This document shows positions 1 through 9,202 of a DNA stretch of 60,617 bases, piece by piece. The notes below the pieces were generated by a model that worked only from the letters and a program-made list of their open reading frames with translations, was not told the DNA's origin and made no database searches. This DNA comes from an uncultured Candidatus Saccharibacteria bacterium (GTDB lineage: Bacteria > Patescibacteriota > Minisyncoccia > Phycocordibacterales > PALSA-1337). Position numbers and translations under genes: made by a program. Numbering within the stretch: position 1 is the first letter of the stretch; every line of letters starts with the position of its first letter. The stretch is taken from assembly GCA_964358005.1 (NCBI GenBank), contig CAYHNH010000001.1, positions 144,775 to 205,391 on the forward strand. Direction: 5' to 3'.

Positions 1-20
1 TCGCGCTTTCTTTTGGCTAT

Positions 21-1268
21 GTGCCGCCGAATGCGGCTGCGTGCGTGAGGCAGATGATATCCACGAGTGGAACTATCGTCGAAGACCCCGAACGCAAGGA
101 ATCAGGACAGGTGATGGTAGTAGCCGCGAAGATCTGCGACGAAGACATCCTAGTCCGCATAAAGACAAAGCTATATCCGCGTTTTGCATATAACGACGCG
201 ATAGTCTTCTCGGGGAAACTCTCAAGGCCCATTAATTTTTCTGGCGATAATGGCCGAAGCTTCGACTACAAAGGATTTTTGGCCAAAGACGACATCTATT
301 ATGAAATGAAGAGCGCATCAGTCGTCTTGTCGACGTCGACCAGGTCTACGGGATCTTTTGATATCAGCTCAGTTCTGTTTGGTTTCAAGCATCGCTTCGT
401 CTCGAATCTGGAAAAAGCCCTCGGTGAACCCCATGCGGCATTGGCGGCTGGCCTAGTAGTCGGCGAGAAGAGCGCTCTCGGCAAGCAGTTGCTCGAGGAC
501 TTCCGGATCGTGGGGCTCATCCATATAGTTGTGCTCTCTGGTTTCAATATCACCATCGTAGCGGTGGCTTTTCGGCGCGTGCTGGCGTTCTTGCCGCGAG
601 TTTGGGGGATCTTGATAGGTGGCCTGGGCATCGCTCTCTTCGGAGTGCTAGTCGGTGGTGGAGCGACGGTCGTACGGTCATGCTTCATGGCAGGAGTCGC
701 TCTTTGTGCTGATCTCATTCGCCGCGATTACAGCGTCATGCGCGCGCTGGGGTTCGCCGCTCTCATCATGCTCATTCAAAATCCTCTGATACTGCTTCAT
801 GACCCATCCTTCCAGCTCTCGTTCCTGGCCACGCTGGGTCTCATCCTCTTGGCAGAGCCTATAGAAAAGAAGCTCGCATTCATCACTGATAAGTTCGGCA
901 TGCGTGGCACTGTCGCCACCAGCTTCGCCACCCAGATATTCGTCTCACCATACATCCTCTACATGATGGGGCAGATTTCTGTGATTGGCGTAGTAGTGAA
1001 CATCCTTGTCCTGCCATTCATCCCCATCACGATGCTGGCAGTGTTTCTGACCGGGGCGCTAGGCTTCATCCATCCGTTTCTCGGGACTGCTGCAGGTTGG
1101 TTCGCCCACATCCTGCTCTCCTACGAGCTATTCATGGTCGAGACTTTCGCGCGCGTGCCCTACGCCGCGGCCACCCTGCCGCCTTTTTCCTTCTGGTGGG
1201 TGGTGGGGTTCTATGGGGTGTTTGTTGTTATCCATGTGCGCTCCGTAAAGAATAAAAAATCCAAATGA
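21..1268 (+). CDS. comEC: ComEC/Rec2 competence channel (probably 5'-truncated by the window edge)
   Basis: Competence-domain motifs GLIHIVVLSGFNI, TVVRSCFM, DPSFQLSFLAT; OB-like N-part with FDYKGFLAK; many TM segments. Confidence 0.92.
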   Translation: MPPNAAACVRQMISTSGTIVEDPERKESGQVMVVAAKICDEDILVRIKTKLYPRFAYNDAIVFSGKLSRPINFSGDNGRSFDYKGFLAKDDIYYEMKSASVVLSTSTRSTGSFDISSVLFGFKHRFVSNLEKALGEPHAALAAGLVVGEKSALGKQLLEDFRIVGLIHIVVLSGFNITIVAVAFRRVLAFLPRVWGILIGGLGIALFGVLVGGGATVVRSCFMAGVALCADLIRRDYSVMRALGFAALIMLIQNPLILLHDPSFQLSFLATLGLILLAEPIEKKLAFITDKFGMRGTVATSFATQIFVSPYILYMMGQISVIGVVVNILVLPFIPITMLAVFLTGALGFIHPFLGTAAGWFAHILLSYELFMVETFARVPYAAATLPPFSFWWVVGFYGVFVVIHVRSVKNKKSK

Positions 1269-1624
1269 GCGATTCCAAGACAAAAAAGCTAGTCATGTTC
1301 ATTACAGATGGTATTTTCATAACGCATGACCGTTTAGTCCATATTATCAAGCATAGGGCACTTTTGGCAGGAACTGTTGTGGCTGCGTTGCCATTCGTTT
1401 TGAACAGTCCGGGTAAGATCGGAGATAATTCTAAGAAAAGGTCCAATAGTTATGTGTATTGCCGCAAGATAGGGAGGATTGCTATTCGAGTAGTGGTCGA
1501 AGAAACGAAAACGCCCGGCATAAGCCGGGTCGTCTCCGCATTTCCCATGAGTCTGAAAGACTATGAGAAACTTATTGATATCTCTGGGAGGGCGGACATT
1601 CCTCCATATGAATCATCCCATTAA
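1265..1624 (+). CDS. PBECR/RelE-like (BECR-fold) putative ribonuclease
   Basis: Pattern HIIKHR..LPFVLNSP..YVYCRK..RVVVE..RVVSAF resembles PBECR domains; ATGA overlap with the comEC stop. Confidence 0.55.
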   Translation: MSDSKTKKLVMFITDGIFITHDRLVHIIKHRALLAGTVVAALPFVLNSPGKIGDNSKKRSNSYVYCRKIGRIAIRVVVEETKTPGISRVVSAFPMSLKDYEKLIDISGRADIPPYESSH

Positions 1625-1672
1625 GAGATGTTCTCTCAGCAGATCCTTTCTGATGTCAGAGTCGTCATAACT
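1572..1672 (-). ncRNA. Candidate structured antisense RNA overlapping the 3' end of the PBECR-like gene
   Basis: Minus-strand TTGACT(1703-1708)-N18-TAAACT(1679-1684) promoter; closing stem ctctg/cagag enclosing three hairpins. Confidence 0.35.
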
Positions 1673-1801
1673 GCCAGAAGTTTACTCCTCTCATAATGAT
1701 GAAGTCAAGCTGGGTGAATTACTTTTGCGCCATTGCTTATTATCTGTATTTGTTTAATATCAGGCGCAGATTAAGCAATAGAGAAAAACCGAATAAAACC
1801 A

Positions 1802-3130
1802 ATGAAAGCCTCAAAGGATAGAAGCCATACCTCATGGCTCAAATGCATGGTCTGCGGCGTCAAGGTGCCGCTTTATGGGACGGTGAAGTTCACCTGCGAT
1901 TGCGGCGGTCTGTATGACGTCGAGCACGACCATTCGTCTCTGGGCCACGTTGGAGCCATCGGCAATCGGATGATCTTCGATGCCCGTTGCCGTCCCGGCC
2001 CGAAGATCGGACAGCGCTCTGGCGTTTGGCGCTTCAAGGAGCTCGTCATGCCATCGCTCGCTGATGAAGAGATCATCTCGCTCGGTGAGGGCATCATGCC
2101 GATGCTGCCAGCCGGGAATCATCTCCGCAAATGGATCGGCGGCGATCTCGATCTTTGGATCATGCCCGAAGGCCAGACCATGACGGGTTCGTTCAAGGAC
2201 CTCGGCGGCACCGTTGCCATGAGCGTGGCCAAGGCCTCGGGCGTGAAGTCAGTCGTCTGCGCCTCGACCGGAGATACCTCGGCTATGGCTGCCGCTTACT
2301 CGGCCGCCGCGGGAATAAGCTGCACTGTTGTCCTGCCGAAAGGCCTGGTCACCGCAGTTCAGCTGACCCAGCCGATCGCCCATGGCGCAAAGATCGTCCT
2401 CATTCCCGGCAGCTTCGATGATGCCATGCGAGTCGTCGGCGAGCTCGTAGCCTCTGGGCGCGCATTTCCGGTGAACAGCATCAATCCGACGCGCATCGAG
2501 GGCCACCAGGCGACTGTTTTCCTGGCGGCGCAGTTCTTTGGTTGGAAGATGCCGGATGCATTCGTGGTTCCAGTCGGGAACGGCTCGAATTCGTCATCCA
2601 TCGGCAAGGCCATGCGTCTGCTGGTGAATCTGGGCATCGCTGATGAGATGGCGAAGCTCATCGGCGTCCAGTCCTCGGCGGCGAATCCGTTGGCGCGCTC
2701 GTGGGAAGAGGCTTACGAACATGGTTCAGTCCCTGGAATATGGGAGCGGTTCTATGAGTCCCAAGCAGTTCTGGGGAAGACTTCTGCGACGGCAGCCCGC
2801 ATCGGAAATCCGGTCTCTTTCATGAAAGTCATGCGGGAGATTGTGCTGTCGAATGGTGCCGTTCTCACGGCAGGCGAAGTCGAGCTCAACCTGGCAGTCA
2901 TGATCGCCGGCCAGGATGGCCATCTCGTCTGTCCGCAGACGGGCACGGCTCTGGCAGGCCTGCGACAGGCAGTCATGAGGAAGTTCGTCAAAAAGGGCAG
3001 CCGGGTCGTCGTGGTTTCTACTGCCACCGGCCTGAAATTCCCCGAAGTTGCGGCGGCCTACGGAGAGAAATTCATGTGCGAGTCTCCTTCGTGTGAGACT
3101 GAAGCGGTCGCAGAGCTGATCGGCGTTTGA
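1802..3130 (+). CDS. thrC: Threonine synthase-like PLP enzyme (fold type II)
   Basis: N-terminal CxxC..CxCGG; GVWRFKE; TGSFKD (PLP Lys); CASTGDTSA; VNSINPTRIEG; VPVGNG; STATGLKF. Confidence 0.85.
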   Translation: MKASKDRSHTSWLKCMVCGVKVPLYGTVKFTCDCGGLYDVEHDHSSLGHVGAIGNRMIFDARCRPGPKIGQRSGVWRFKELVMPSLADEEIISLGEGIMPMLPAGNHLRKWIGGDLDLWIMPEGQTMTGSFKDLGGTVAMSVAKASGVKSVVCASTGDTSAMAAAYSAAAGISCTVVLPKGLVTAVQLTQPIAHGAKIVLIPGSFDDAMRVVGELVASGRAFPVNSINPTRIEGHQATVFLAAQFFGWKMPDAFVVPVGNGSNSSSIGKAMRLLVNLGIADEMAKLIGVQSSAANPLARSWEEAYEHGSVPGIWERFYESQAVLGKTSATAARIGNPVSFMKVMREIVLSNGAVLTAGEVELNLAVMIAGQDGHLVCPQTGTALAGLRQAVMRKFVKKGSRVVVVSTATGLKFPEVAAAYGEKFMCESPSCETEAVAELIGV

Positions 3131-3160
3131 TGGTCTCGGCATGGATTGTGTTCATGTTTT

Positions 3161-3188
3161 GGGCGGTGCTTACGGGCCGCCCTTTTTT
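3161..3188 (+). terminator. Rho-independent terminator after thrC
   Basis: gggcgg-tgcttacggg-ccgccc followed by tttttt. Confidence 0.75.
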
Positions 3189-3199
3189 GTCAGCAAGGA

Positions 3200-3976
3200 T
3201 TACTTTTCCGTAAGTTCCCAGAGCTTTTTAAAAACCTCGCGCATGTTGTGAGCTAGAGTTGCATCGTGGATCTCGACAAGATAGAAGGGATGTTCTCGCG
3301 TCGATATCATTATGAGGTAGTCTCCGGCTACCCAGACAGTGGAGGTAAAATCCATCTTAGTTACGAACCTTATATTACGCTTCTCTCTAGGAAGCCTCTT
3401 CTCCATCTTTTGCTCTATCGGTGACGCATTACTGAGTAGCTTCGCTTTGATTTTTGGGTTCTGGTATTCCTTCAGGCTCAATATCCATTGGATCCACTCT
3501 TCATAATTTGCGACGATACTATGGTCCTGGAAACCCCACCACGTCCCGTCATTTCTCATGAGTTCAGAATTCCATTTAAGAAAATTATCGTATAGAAATT
3601 CCTCTAGGTCGCCTTCCTCGACGAATCTGATCTTCGGCACAGGGTATGTTTTTGAAGCAGCAATGAGGCTTAGCTCGCTGACTGCTTTCTTAATGAATGC
3701 CTCCTTCTCATCCAACTCGCGTTTTGATTTTTCTATTATCTTGTACAGACCTTCAGGCGGAAGAGGGGACAGATAAAGAGTTTTTCCTCCTAGATCCTCG
3801 GAGATAAATCCTTTGCTGACAAGCCCTCTAGATATGTTGTAGACAGTTGCGCGGTTTATCTTGGTCAGCCTTGAAACAGCCGCTGGGGTGAGCTTGCCGC
3901 TTTTGAGGAGCGTCAAATAGACCCTTATCTCTTTGTCGTTTAGACCGATTCCGCGCAGGGTTTCATTCGTGGACAT
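3200..3976 (-). CDS. TrmB-family HTH transcriptional regulator
   Basis: GLNDKEIRVYLTLL..INRATVYNI..L..KG HTH; PKIRFVE linker; C-terminal TrmB-like effector domain typical of CPR. Confidence 0.85.
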   Translation of the reverse strand: MSTNETLRGIGLNDKEIRVYLTLLKSGKLTPAAVSRLTKINRATVYNISRGLVSKGFISEDLGGKTLYLSPLPPEGLYKIIEKSKRELDEKEAFIKKAVSELSLIAASKTYPVPKIRFVEEGDLEEFLYDNFLKWNSELMRNDGTWWGFQDHSIVANYEEWIQWILSLKEYQNPKIKAKLLSNASPIEQKMEKRLPREKRNIRFVTKMDFTSTVWVAGDYLIMISTREHPFYLVEIHDATLAHNMREVFKKLWELTEK

Positions 3977-3982
3977 GAAAGC

Positions 3983-4021
3983 AATATATGTTGTTGGCAG
4001 AATATTGTCAACACTTGTTGA
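3983..4021 (-). promoter_or_regulatory. Leaderless sigma70 promoter of trmB overlapped by inverted repeats (candidate operator)
   Basis: Minus strand TTGACA-N17-TATATT-6 nt-ATG; IRs tgttggca/tgtcaaca and tcaaca-ct-tgttga. Confidence 0.6.
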
Positions 4022-4064
4022 ACATAAGCTGGCAATACTTAAAATATTGGGGTAAAACTTCAGG

Positions 4065-5168
4065 ATGAGAAAGTCACTATGGTTAATAGTCGCTGTTTTG
4101 GTAGTTGTTTTGGCTGGCTTGATTATTGCAAAGGGTCAATCAGTCGAACCCTCCAAAAGCCTAGAAATAGGGGTTCTTTTGCCACTCTCTAGTAATTTTG
4201 CTTGGTGGGGCGAGAACATACAGCAGAGTATAAAAGCTGCACAAGCCAATGGCTACGGGAGCAATTTCAAGTTTGTCTATGCGGACACAAAATGCAATGC
4301 CAAGGATGCAGTAAGCTCATTGCAATCCTTGATGTCTCTACACCCCTCAATGCATATATTTATTGTTGGATGTGATGATGATCTAAAAGCCGTTGAACCG
4401 TTTTTGAACAATAAAACAGACCTAGCTTTCATGGTCGGTTTGTCTGATAAGAGCCTTTATGAAAAGGGTTTTCCTACTGTAAATCTTGCAGTCAAAACTG
4501 AGTCGCAGGCAACTATGGCAGGCAAGTTCGCTTTTGAAAAGCTTGGAGTCAAGGACTTGGGGATACTAGTCAGCACGACCGGTATAGGAAATACCCTAAA
4601 TATCACTCTCAAGAATTACTTTTCGAGTATTGGAGGCCGCACTACTACTGAGACAATGAAATATAACGAACCAAATCCAGAAACCTCTATTTTAAAAATA
4701 CTACAAGCAAGACCGGACGCTATTTATATTGAGAATGATATACCTAACTTGTCGACCACACTAAAAAGACTTGACCAGCTGGGTTACAAGGGCCACAAAA
4801 TATTGTTCTACGGGGCACACGTCCAAGCGCTGATAGATACGGCTGGCAGTGCTGCAGAGGGAGCTTATGTGCCGTGGGCAATATCGGATGAGACAAATCC
4901 AGCTCGCATAAGATTCTTGGAGGCTTTCAAAAAAAATTACAGCAATGACCCATTTATCACGGCCTACTTTGTGTATGATGGAATCATTCTCTTGGACGAA
5001 GCAAATAAGGCCTGTAAGGGTGATGCTCGTTGCATAGAAGAATATTTCTATGATAAATCAGATTTTGAAGGAATTTTAGGAAAGGTTAGATATCAACTCA
5101 ACGGGGAGGTCAAGCGTAGTTTCTATTACCATCAGGTCAAAGACGGTAAATTCGTCGAGGTAAAATAG
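4065..5168 (+). CDS. Type I periplasmic-binding protein (LivK/branched-chain amino acid-like), orphan
   Basis: N-terminal anchor; IGVLLPLS, YADTKC, AAEGAY, AYFVYDGI, FEGILGKVRY motifs; AT-richer than flanks. Confidence 0.8.
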   Translation: MRKSLWLIVAVLVVVLAGLIIAKGQSVEPSKSLEIGVLLPLSSNFAWWGENIQQSIKAAQANGYGSNFKFVYADTKCNAKDAVSSLQSLMSLHPSMHIFIVGCDDDLKAVEPFLNNKTDLAFMVGLSDKSLYEKGFPTVNLAVKTESQATMAGKFAFEKLGVKDLGILVSTTGIGNTLNITLKNYFSSIGGRTTTETMKYNEPNPETSILKILQARPDAIYIENDIPNLSTTLKRLDQLGYKGHKILFYGAHVQALIDTAGSAAEGAYVPWAISDETNPARIRFLEAFKKNYSNDPFITAYFVYDGIILLDEANKACKGDARCIEEYFYDKSDFEGILGKVRYQLNGEVKRSFYYHQVKDGKFVEVK

Positions 5169-5765
5169 CTATTTCCTCACCTCCTCGAAATTCTTCTCTA
5201 CAACCGCCCAATTCAAATTCGCGAAAAAGTCTTCGATATACTGCTTCTTGCCGCTCGGCTGATAGTCGGCGACATAGGAGTGTTCCCACATGTCCACTCC
5301 TATGATCATTGCACAGTCCTGGAGCTGACCTAGGTGCTGTTCATCCACCCACATATTTATAAGCCTCTTGTCTTTACGATCATACCAGAGGACTGCCCAG
5401 CCTATCCCTCTTGTGAGTGCCAATGATTTAAACGCGGCGAGCCATTCATCGAACGATCCGCAGGTTTCGATTATCGCCTTTTTGAAGGCGCTTTTTTCAG
5501 ATAGGGGAGCTGCGCCGCCCTCGAGGAGAGAGAAGTACACCTCATGATTGCGAATGCCGTTATATTCAAAGCTGAAACGACGACTGAGCTCGCCTATGAC
5601 ATACGCATTGGCTGTCTGGTCCTCATGATATTTGGCCAGCAGATCCAGTACAGTGTTGGCATTCTTCACATAACCCTCATAGAGCTTCAAATGTTCCTCT
5701 ATGGTCTTCCCAGAGATACCTTTTAGTGTCGGAATGCTGAATTTTCGCGGCGTAAATGCTGGCAT
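5169..5765 (-). CDS. sod: Fe/Mn superoxide dismutase
   Basis: EHLKLYEGYV, NHEVYF, DMWEHSY metal ligands. Confidence 0.92.
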   Translation of the reverse strand: MPAFTPRKFSIPTLKGISGKTIEEHLKLYEGYVKNANTVLDLLAKYHEDQTANAYVIGELSRRFSFEYNGIRNHEVYFSLLEGGAAPLSEKSAFKKAIIETCGSFDEWLAAFKSLALTRGIGWAVLWYDRKDKRLINMWVDEQHLGQLQDCAMIIGVDMWEHSYVADYQPSGKKQYIEDFFANLNWAVVEKNFEEVRK

Positions 5766-5838
5766 ATTTGTTTCTTCATTAAAATTTTAATATTTTTTGA
5801 TGCGGATTTTATCAGGCTTTCATTATACTTGATTCCTC

Positions 5839-6492
5839 ATGATAAAGGTTGCAGGCATATTAGTTGTGGCGATCAGCGTTGGGGTATACACCTGGCTGCA
5901 GTCTGTGCGTCCAAATATCTTTGAAGCCTACGTTTTTGATACGCCTGGGACTCTTTCTGTCTTTATACGGACGCCAAATGACAAGAGGATGCTCATAAAC
6001 GGCGGGTCAAATGCCGATATCGTGCGCAGGATCAGCAAAATCCTGCCATTCTACTCGCGTCGTATCGATTATGTCATCGCGACTGAATCTAGCGACAAAG
6101 CGACGGCCGGCCTCAATGACGTCACAAGCCGTTATGAAGTCGATGAGATCTTCTGGGCTAAAGGAGAGGTGCCCGCGCTCAAGGCCGGCGAGGCTTTGCT
6201 CATCGACGACGAAGTAAAAGCTGACGTCCTATTTCCAGTTCCAGAAAAAGATTTTAAATACTCGAACGCCAGCTATCCGCAAACCATTTTAAGGATCTAT
6301 TATGGCGATACCACGATAGTCTACGCGGGGCAGGCGACTGACAAAATCTTAAAGTTCACAGGTCTTTTCGGCACGACAACTCCGAATCAGGTCTTGATCA
6401 ACAAGAATATGGTGAATGAAATAAATGTAAGAAAAAACGGCCCGCTGAAGATAACTTCGGACGGCCACTCTCTGAAAGTCGTGAAGATTTAG
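5839..6492 (+). CDS. ComEC-associated metallo-beta-lactamase-fold protein, degenerate metal site
   Basis: FIRTP..MLINGG..LPFYSRRIDYVIAT matches the ComEC MBL family, but THxHxDH is replaced by TESSDKA. Confidence 0.7.
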   Translation: MIKVAGILVVAISVGVYTWLQSVRPNIFEAYVFDTPGTLSVFIRTPNDKRMLINGGSNADIVRRISKILPFYSRRIDYVIATESSDKATAGLNDVTSRYEVDEIFWAKGEVPALKAGEALLIDDEVKADVLFPVPEKDFKYSNASYPQTILRIYYGDTTIVYAGQATDKILKFTGLFGTTTPNQVLINKNMVNEINVRKNGPLKITSDGHSLKVVKI

Positions 6493-6731
6493 ATCATGCC
6501 CGCATCGCGGAGAGCTCGGAAAGCGCCCTTCTTCTCGATGGTGCGGATGCCGCGGGCTGAGACTGTGAGACGGACTGACTTCTTGAGCTCCGGGACGTAG
6601 ACGGTCTTCTTCTGGAGGTTAGGATAGCGCCTGATATGGCCGCTCGGGTTGAACTGAGTAGCACGCGTCCGGTTAGAGTACCGGCCGCCGTTCAATGATC
6701 CTCGCTTTGTTATGTCGCAGACTCGTGCCAT
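6489..6731 (-). CDS. rpmB: 50S ribosomal protein L28
   Basis: MARVCDIT..RRYPNLQKK..RLTVSARGIRTIEK; start moved to the ATG at 6731. Confidence 0.93.
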   Translation of the reverse strand: MARVCDITKRGSLNGGRYSNRTRATQFNPSGHIRRYPNLQKKTVYVPELKKSVRLTVSARGIRTIEKKGAFRALRDAGMI

Positions 6732-6769
6732 ATAATTTGATGAGATTCGTATGCTAACATAAGGCTCAT

Positions 6770-7378
6770 ATGCTAGCAATACTTTCCCTGGTTATCCTCA
6801 TATTTTCGGTCATTGTTCACGAAGTGGCCCATGGATTCATGGCTGACCGCCTGGGTGACCCTACTGCCCGTATCGCTGGCCGTCTGACCTTGAATCCGCT
6901 GAAGCATATCGATCCCGTCGGCTCCATAATAGTTCCGCTCATAACTTCGCTCGCCGGCTTCACCTTCGGCTGGGCCAAGCCTGTGCCGTACAATCCATAC
7001 AACATAAGGGACAAGCGCCGGGGCGAATTCCTGATAGCCGCCGCTGGGCCGGGGTCAAATCTCCTCATCGCTATCATCTTCGGCACGATCATCCGATTTA
7101 CAGCAGAGGCTGGGGTTCTCTCCATTCCGGTCCTGACCGTATTCTCATATATAGTCATCATAAATATCGTCCTAGCCGTCTTCAACCTGATCCCTCTGCC
7201 GCCGCTCGATGGTTCCAAGATATTGTTCTCTGTCTTTCCCGATCAATATGGCCGCGCGCGCATGACCATGGAGAGATATGCGCCGGTCTTCGTCCTCGTG
7301 GTGGTATTCTTTCTCTGGCAGATATTGTCTCCAGTTATCCCATGGGTATTCAGATTGTTTACGGGAATTAGTTTATAA
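6770..7378 (+). CDS. Site-2 protease (M50)
   Basis: HEVAH, GRLTLNPLKH, AAAGP, FNLIPLPPLDG. Confidence 0.93.
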   Translation: MLAILSLVILIFSVIVHEVAHGFMADRLGDPTARIAGRLTLNPLKHIDPVGSIIVPLITSLAGFTFGWAKPVPYNPYNIRDKRRGEFLIAAAGPGSNLLIAIIFGTIIRFTAEAGVLSIPVLTVFSYIVIINIVLAVFNLIPLPPLDGSKILFSVFPDQYGRARMTMERYAPVFVLVVVFFLWQILSPVIPWVFRLFTGISL

Positions 7379-7386
7379 TTGCTCAT

Positions 7387-8076
7387 ATGGCTTACGAGCG
7401 TTTCGTCTATCTCATCTCCATATTCCCGCCTTTTCTCATCTGGGCAGTCTTCTTCTTTAAGAGGAAGGACCTGCGCCAGGAGATGGTGGTGATGAGCTCT
7501 ATCACCGGCTTCTTGGCCGTCTTCTTCTCATACTACTTTTGGACCGTCGACTGGTGGAGGCCGCTCAACATGACTGCCACGAGGATAGGAGTGGAGGATT
7601 TCATTGCCGGTTTCATCGCGGGGGGCATCGTGGCCGTGATCTATGAGGTGCTCTTCAAGAGGGAGCTACACAAACGGAAGATTCACCATCATACGAACGG
7701 CGCTTTCACTCTGATACTCCTACTTGCATCGACTCTGCTCTTCTTGTTCTACGGCGTTGGTCTGACATCTTTCTGGGCTACGGCTATCGCCTTCAAGCTC
7801 GTGGCTGTCATCATGCTCTTCATGAGGAAGGACCTTTTTATCAATGCCGTTCTTTCCGGCATCCTGATGATGATAGTTTCGCTGGCCTCATATTATCTCA
7901 TCATGCTCGTTTCGCCCGGCTGGATGGATGCGACCTATCTGCCGACTTTGAGTGGCATCCTGGTCACAGGAATACCGCTCGAAGAACTGATCTTCTGGTT
8001 CTTGGCGGGCTGCGTCTTCGGACCGTTCTATGAATACTGGCAGGGGGAGAAGCTGAAGAAACTTGCGAGAAGCTAG
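7387..8076 (+). CDS. Multi-TM protein with lycopene-cyclase-domain-like duplicated halves
   Basis: Two repeats ending IGVEDFIAGF and GIPLEELIFWF. Confidence 0.6.
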   Translation: MAYERFVYLISIFPPFLIWAVFFFKRKDLRQEMVVMSSITGFLAVFFSYYFWTVDWWRPLNMTATRIGVEDFIAGFIAGGIVAVIYEVLFKRELHKRKIHHHTNGAFTLILLLASTLLFLFYGVGLTSFWATAIAFKLVAVIMLFMRKDLFINAVLSGILMMIVSLASYYLIMLVSPGWMDATYLPTLSGILVTGIPLEELIFWFLAGCVFGPFYEYWQGEKLKKLARS

Positions 8077-8219
8077 GCTGCATGTTAAGTTAACGCCACG
8101 GCCCGAGGGGGCAACAAATCAATTATCAGGGCAAGAATGAGTAATCGCGGCGGTCTCTCCAGACCGGAAGCGGTGAAGGAACATTCAGCCACGCATTCAG
8201 CCACTAACAAGCATTACAA

Positions 8220-8642
8220 ATGCCAACAATTAACCAACTTACAAAGTCGAGCAGAAAGCGTTTCAGCCGCAAGTCGAAGTCCGTCGCATTGACGCGCACC
8301 TTCAATTCGATCAAGAATCGTCCGGTCTTCTTCCCGGCGCCATTCAAGCGCGGAGTATGCGTGAAGGTCACGACCAAGACGCCTAAGAAACCGAACTCGG
8401 CCATCCGCAAGATCGCCCGCGTCCGTCTGACGAATGGCCTCGAAGTAACCGCATACGTTCCAGGCATGGGACACAACCTCCAGGAACACGCCGTGGTCCT
8501 CCTCCGAGGCGGCCGCGTCAAAGACGTAGGCCTCCGATACTCAGTGGTCCGTGGCGTTTTGGACTGCTCCGGTGTCGAAGCTCGCAGGAAAGGTCGCAGC
8601 CAATACGGCAACAAGAAGCCTAAAGCAGCTAAAGCCGCCTAA
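8220..8642 (+). CDS. rpsL: 30S ribosomal protein S12
   Basis: [24 protein letters not shown]. Confidence 0.98.
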   Translation: MPTINQLTKSSRKRFSRKSKSVALTRTFNSIKNRPVFFPAPFKRGVCVKVTTKTPKKPNSAIRKIARVRLTNGLEVTAYVPGMGHNLQEHAVVLLRGGRVKDVGLRYSVVRGVLDCSGVEARRKGRSQYGNKKPKAAKAA

Positions 8643-8647
8643 ATACC

Positions 8648-9118
8648 ATGCGAAGAAAAATAAACATAAAAAGGGAGCTCAAGCCGGACGTGACCTATGA
8701 GTCGTTGAAGATTGCCAAGTTCACCAACTACGTCATGGAGTCGGGCAAGAAGACTGTTGCCAGGAAGATCGTCGCTGACTGCCTAGAGGCCATAAAGGAG
8801 AAGGCCAAGGTGGAGAACCCTCTCGAGATCTTCGAGACAGCTCTCAAGAATACGACCCCGGCCATGGAAGTCCGTTCACGCCGCGTCGGTGGCGCCAACT
8901 ACCAGGTTCCTCGTGAAGTCCGTCCAGAACGCCAGCGCGCCATGTCTATGAAGTGGATCATCGATGCCGCCCGCTCCAAGAAGGGAGCCCCTATCCACCT
9001 GAAGCTCGCTGACGAGATCATCGCCGCTTCCAAGAATGAAGGCGAAGCTGTGAAGAAGCGCGAGAACGTCCACAAGATGGCCGAAGCCAACAAGGCTTTC
9101 GCCCACTTCGCGTGGTAG
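8648..9118 (+). CDS. rpsG: 30S ribosomal protein S7
   Basis: [27 protein letters not shown]. Confidence 0.98.
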   Translation: MRRKINIKRELKPDVTYESLKIAKFTNYVMESGKKTVARKIVADCLEAIKEKAKVENPLEIFETALKNTTPAMEVRSRRVGGANYQVPREVRPERQRAMSMKWIIDAARSKKGAPIHLKLADEIIAASKNEGEAVKKRENVHKMAEANKAFAHFAW

Positions 9119-9144
9119 ACAAACTAATTTTTTGATAAGATTGC

Positions 9145-9176
9145 AAAAGAGGTTCGGCATAGCCGCGCCTTTTTTG
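9145..9176 (+). terminator. Terminator after rpsG
   Basis: aggttcggc-ata-gccgcgcct hairpin plus T run. Confidence 0.6.
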
Positions 9177-9202
9177 TTTGATTAATAATTAACCCAATAA
9201 TT

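Noticed and set aside
1572-1670. Known riboswitch or self-cleaving ribozyme upstream of thrC
   Set aside because: Could not match T-box, SAM, glycine, hammerhead or HDV consensus; pairing and promoter favour the opposite strand
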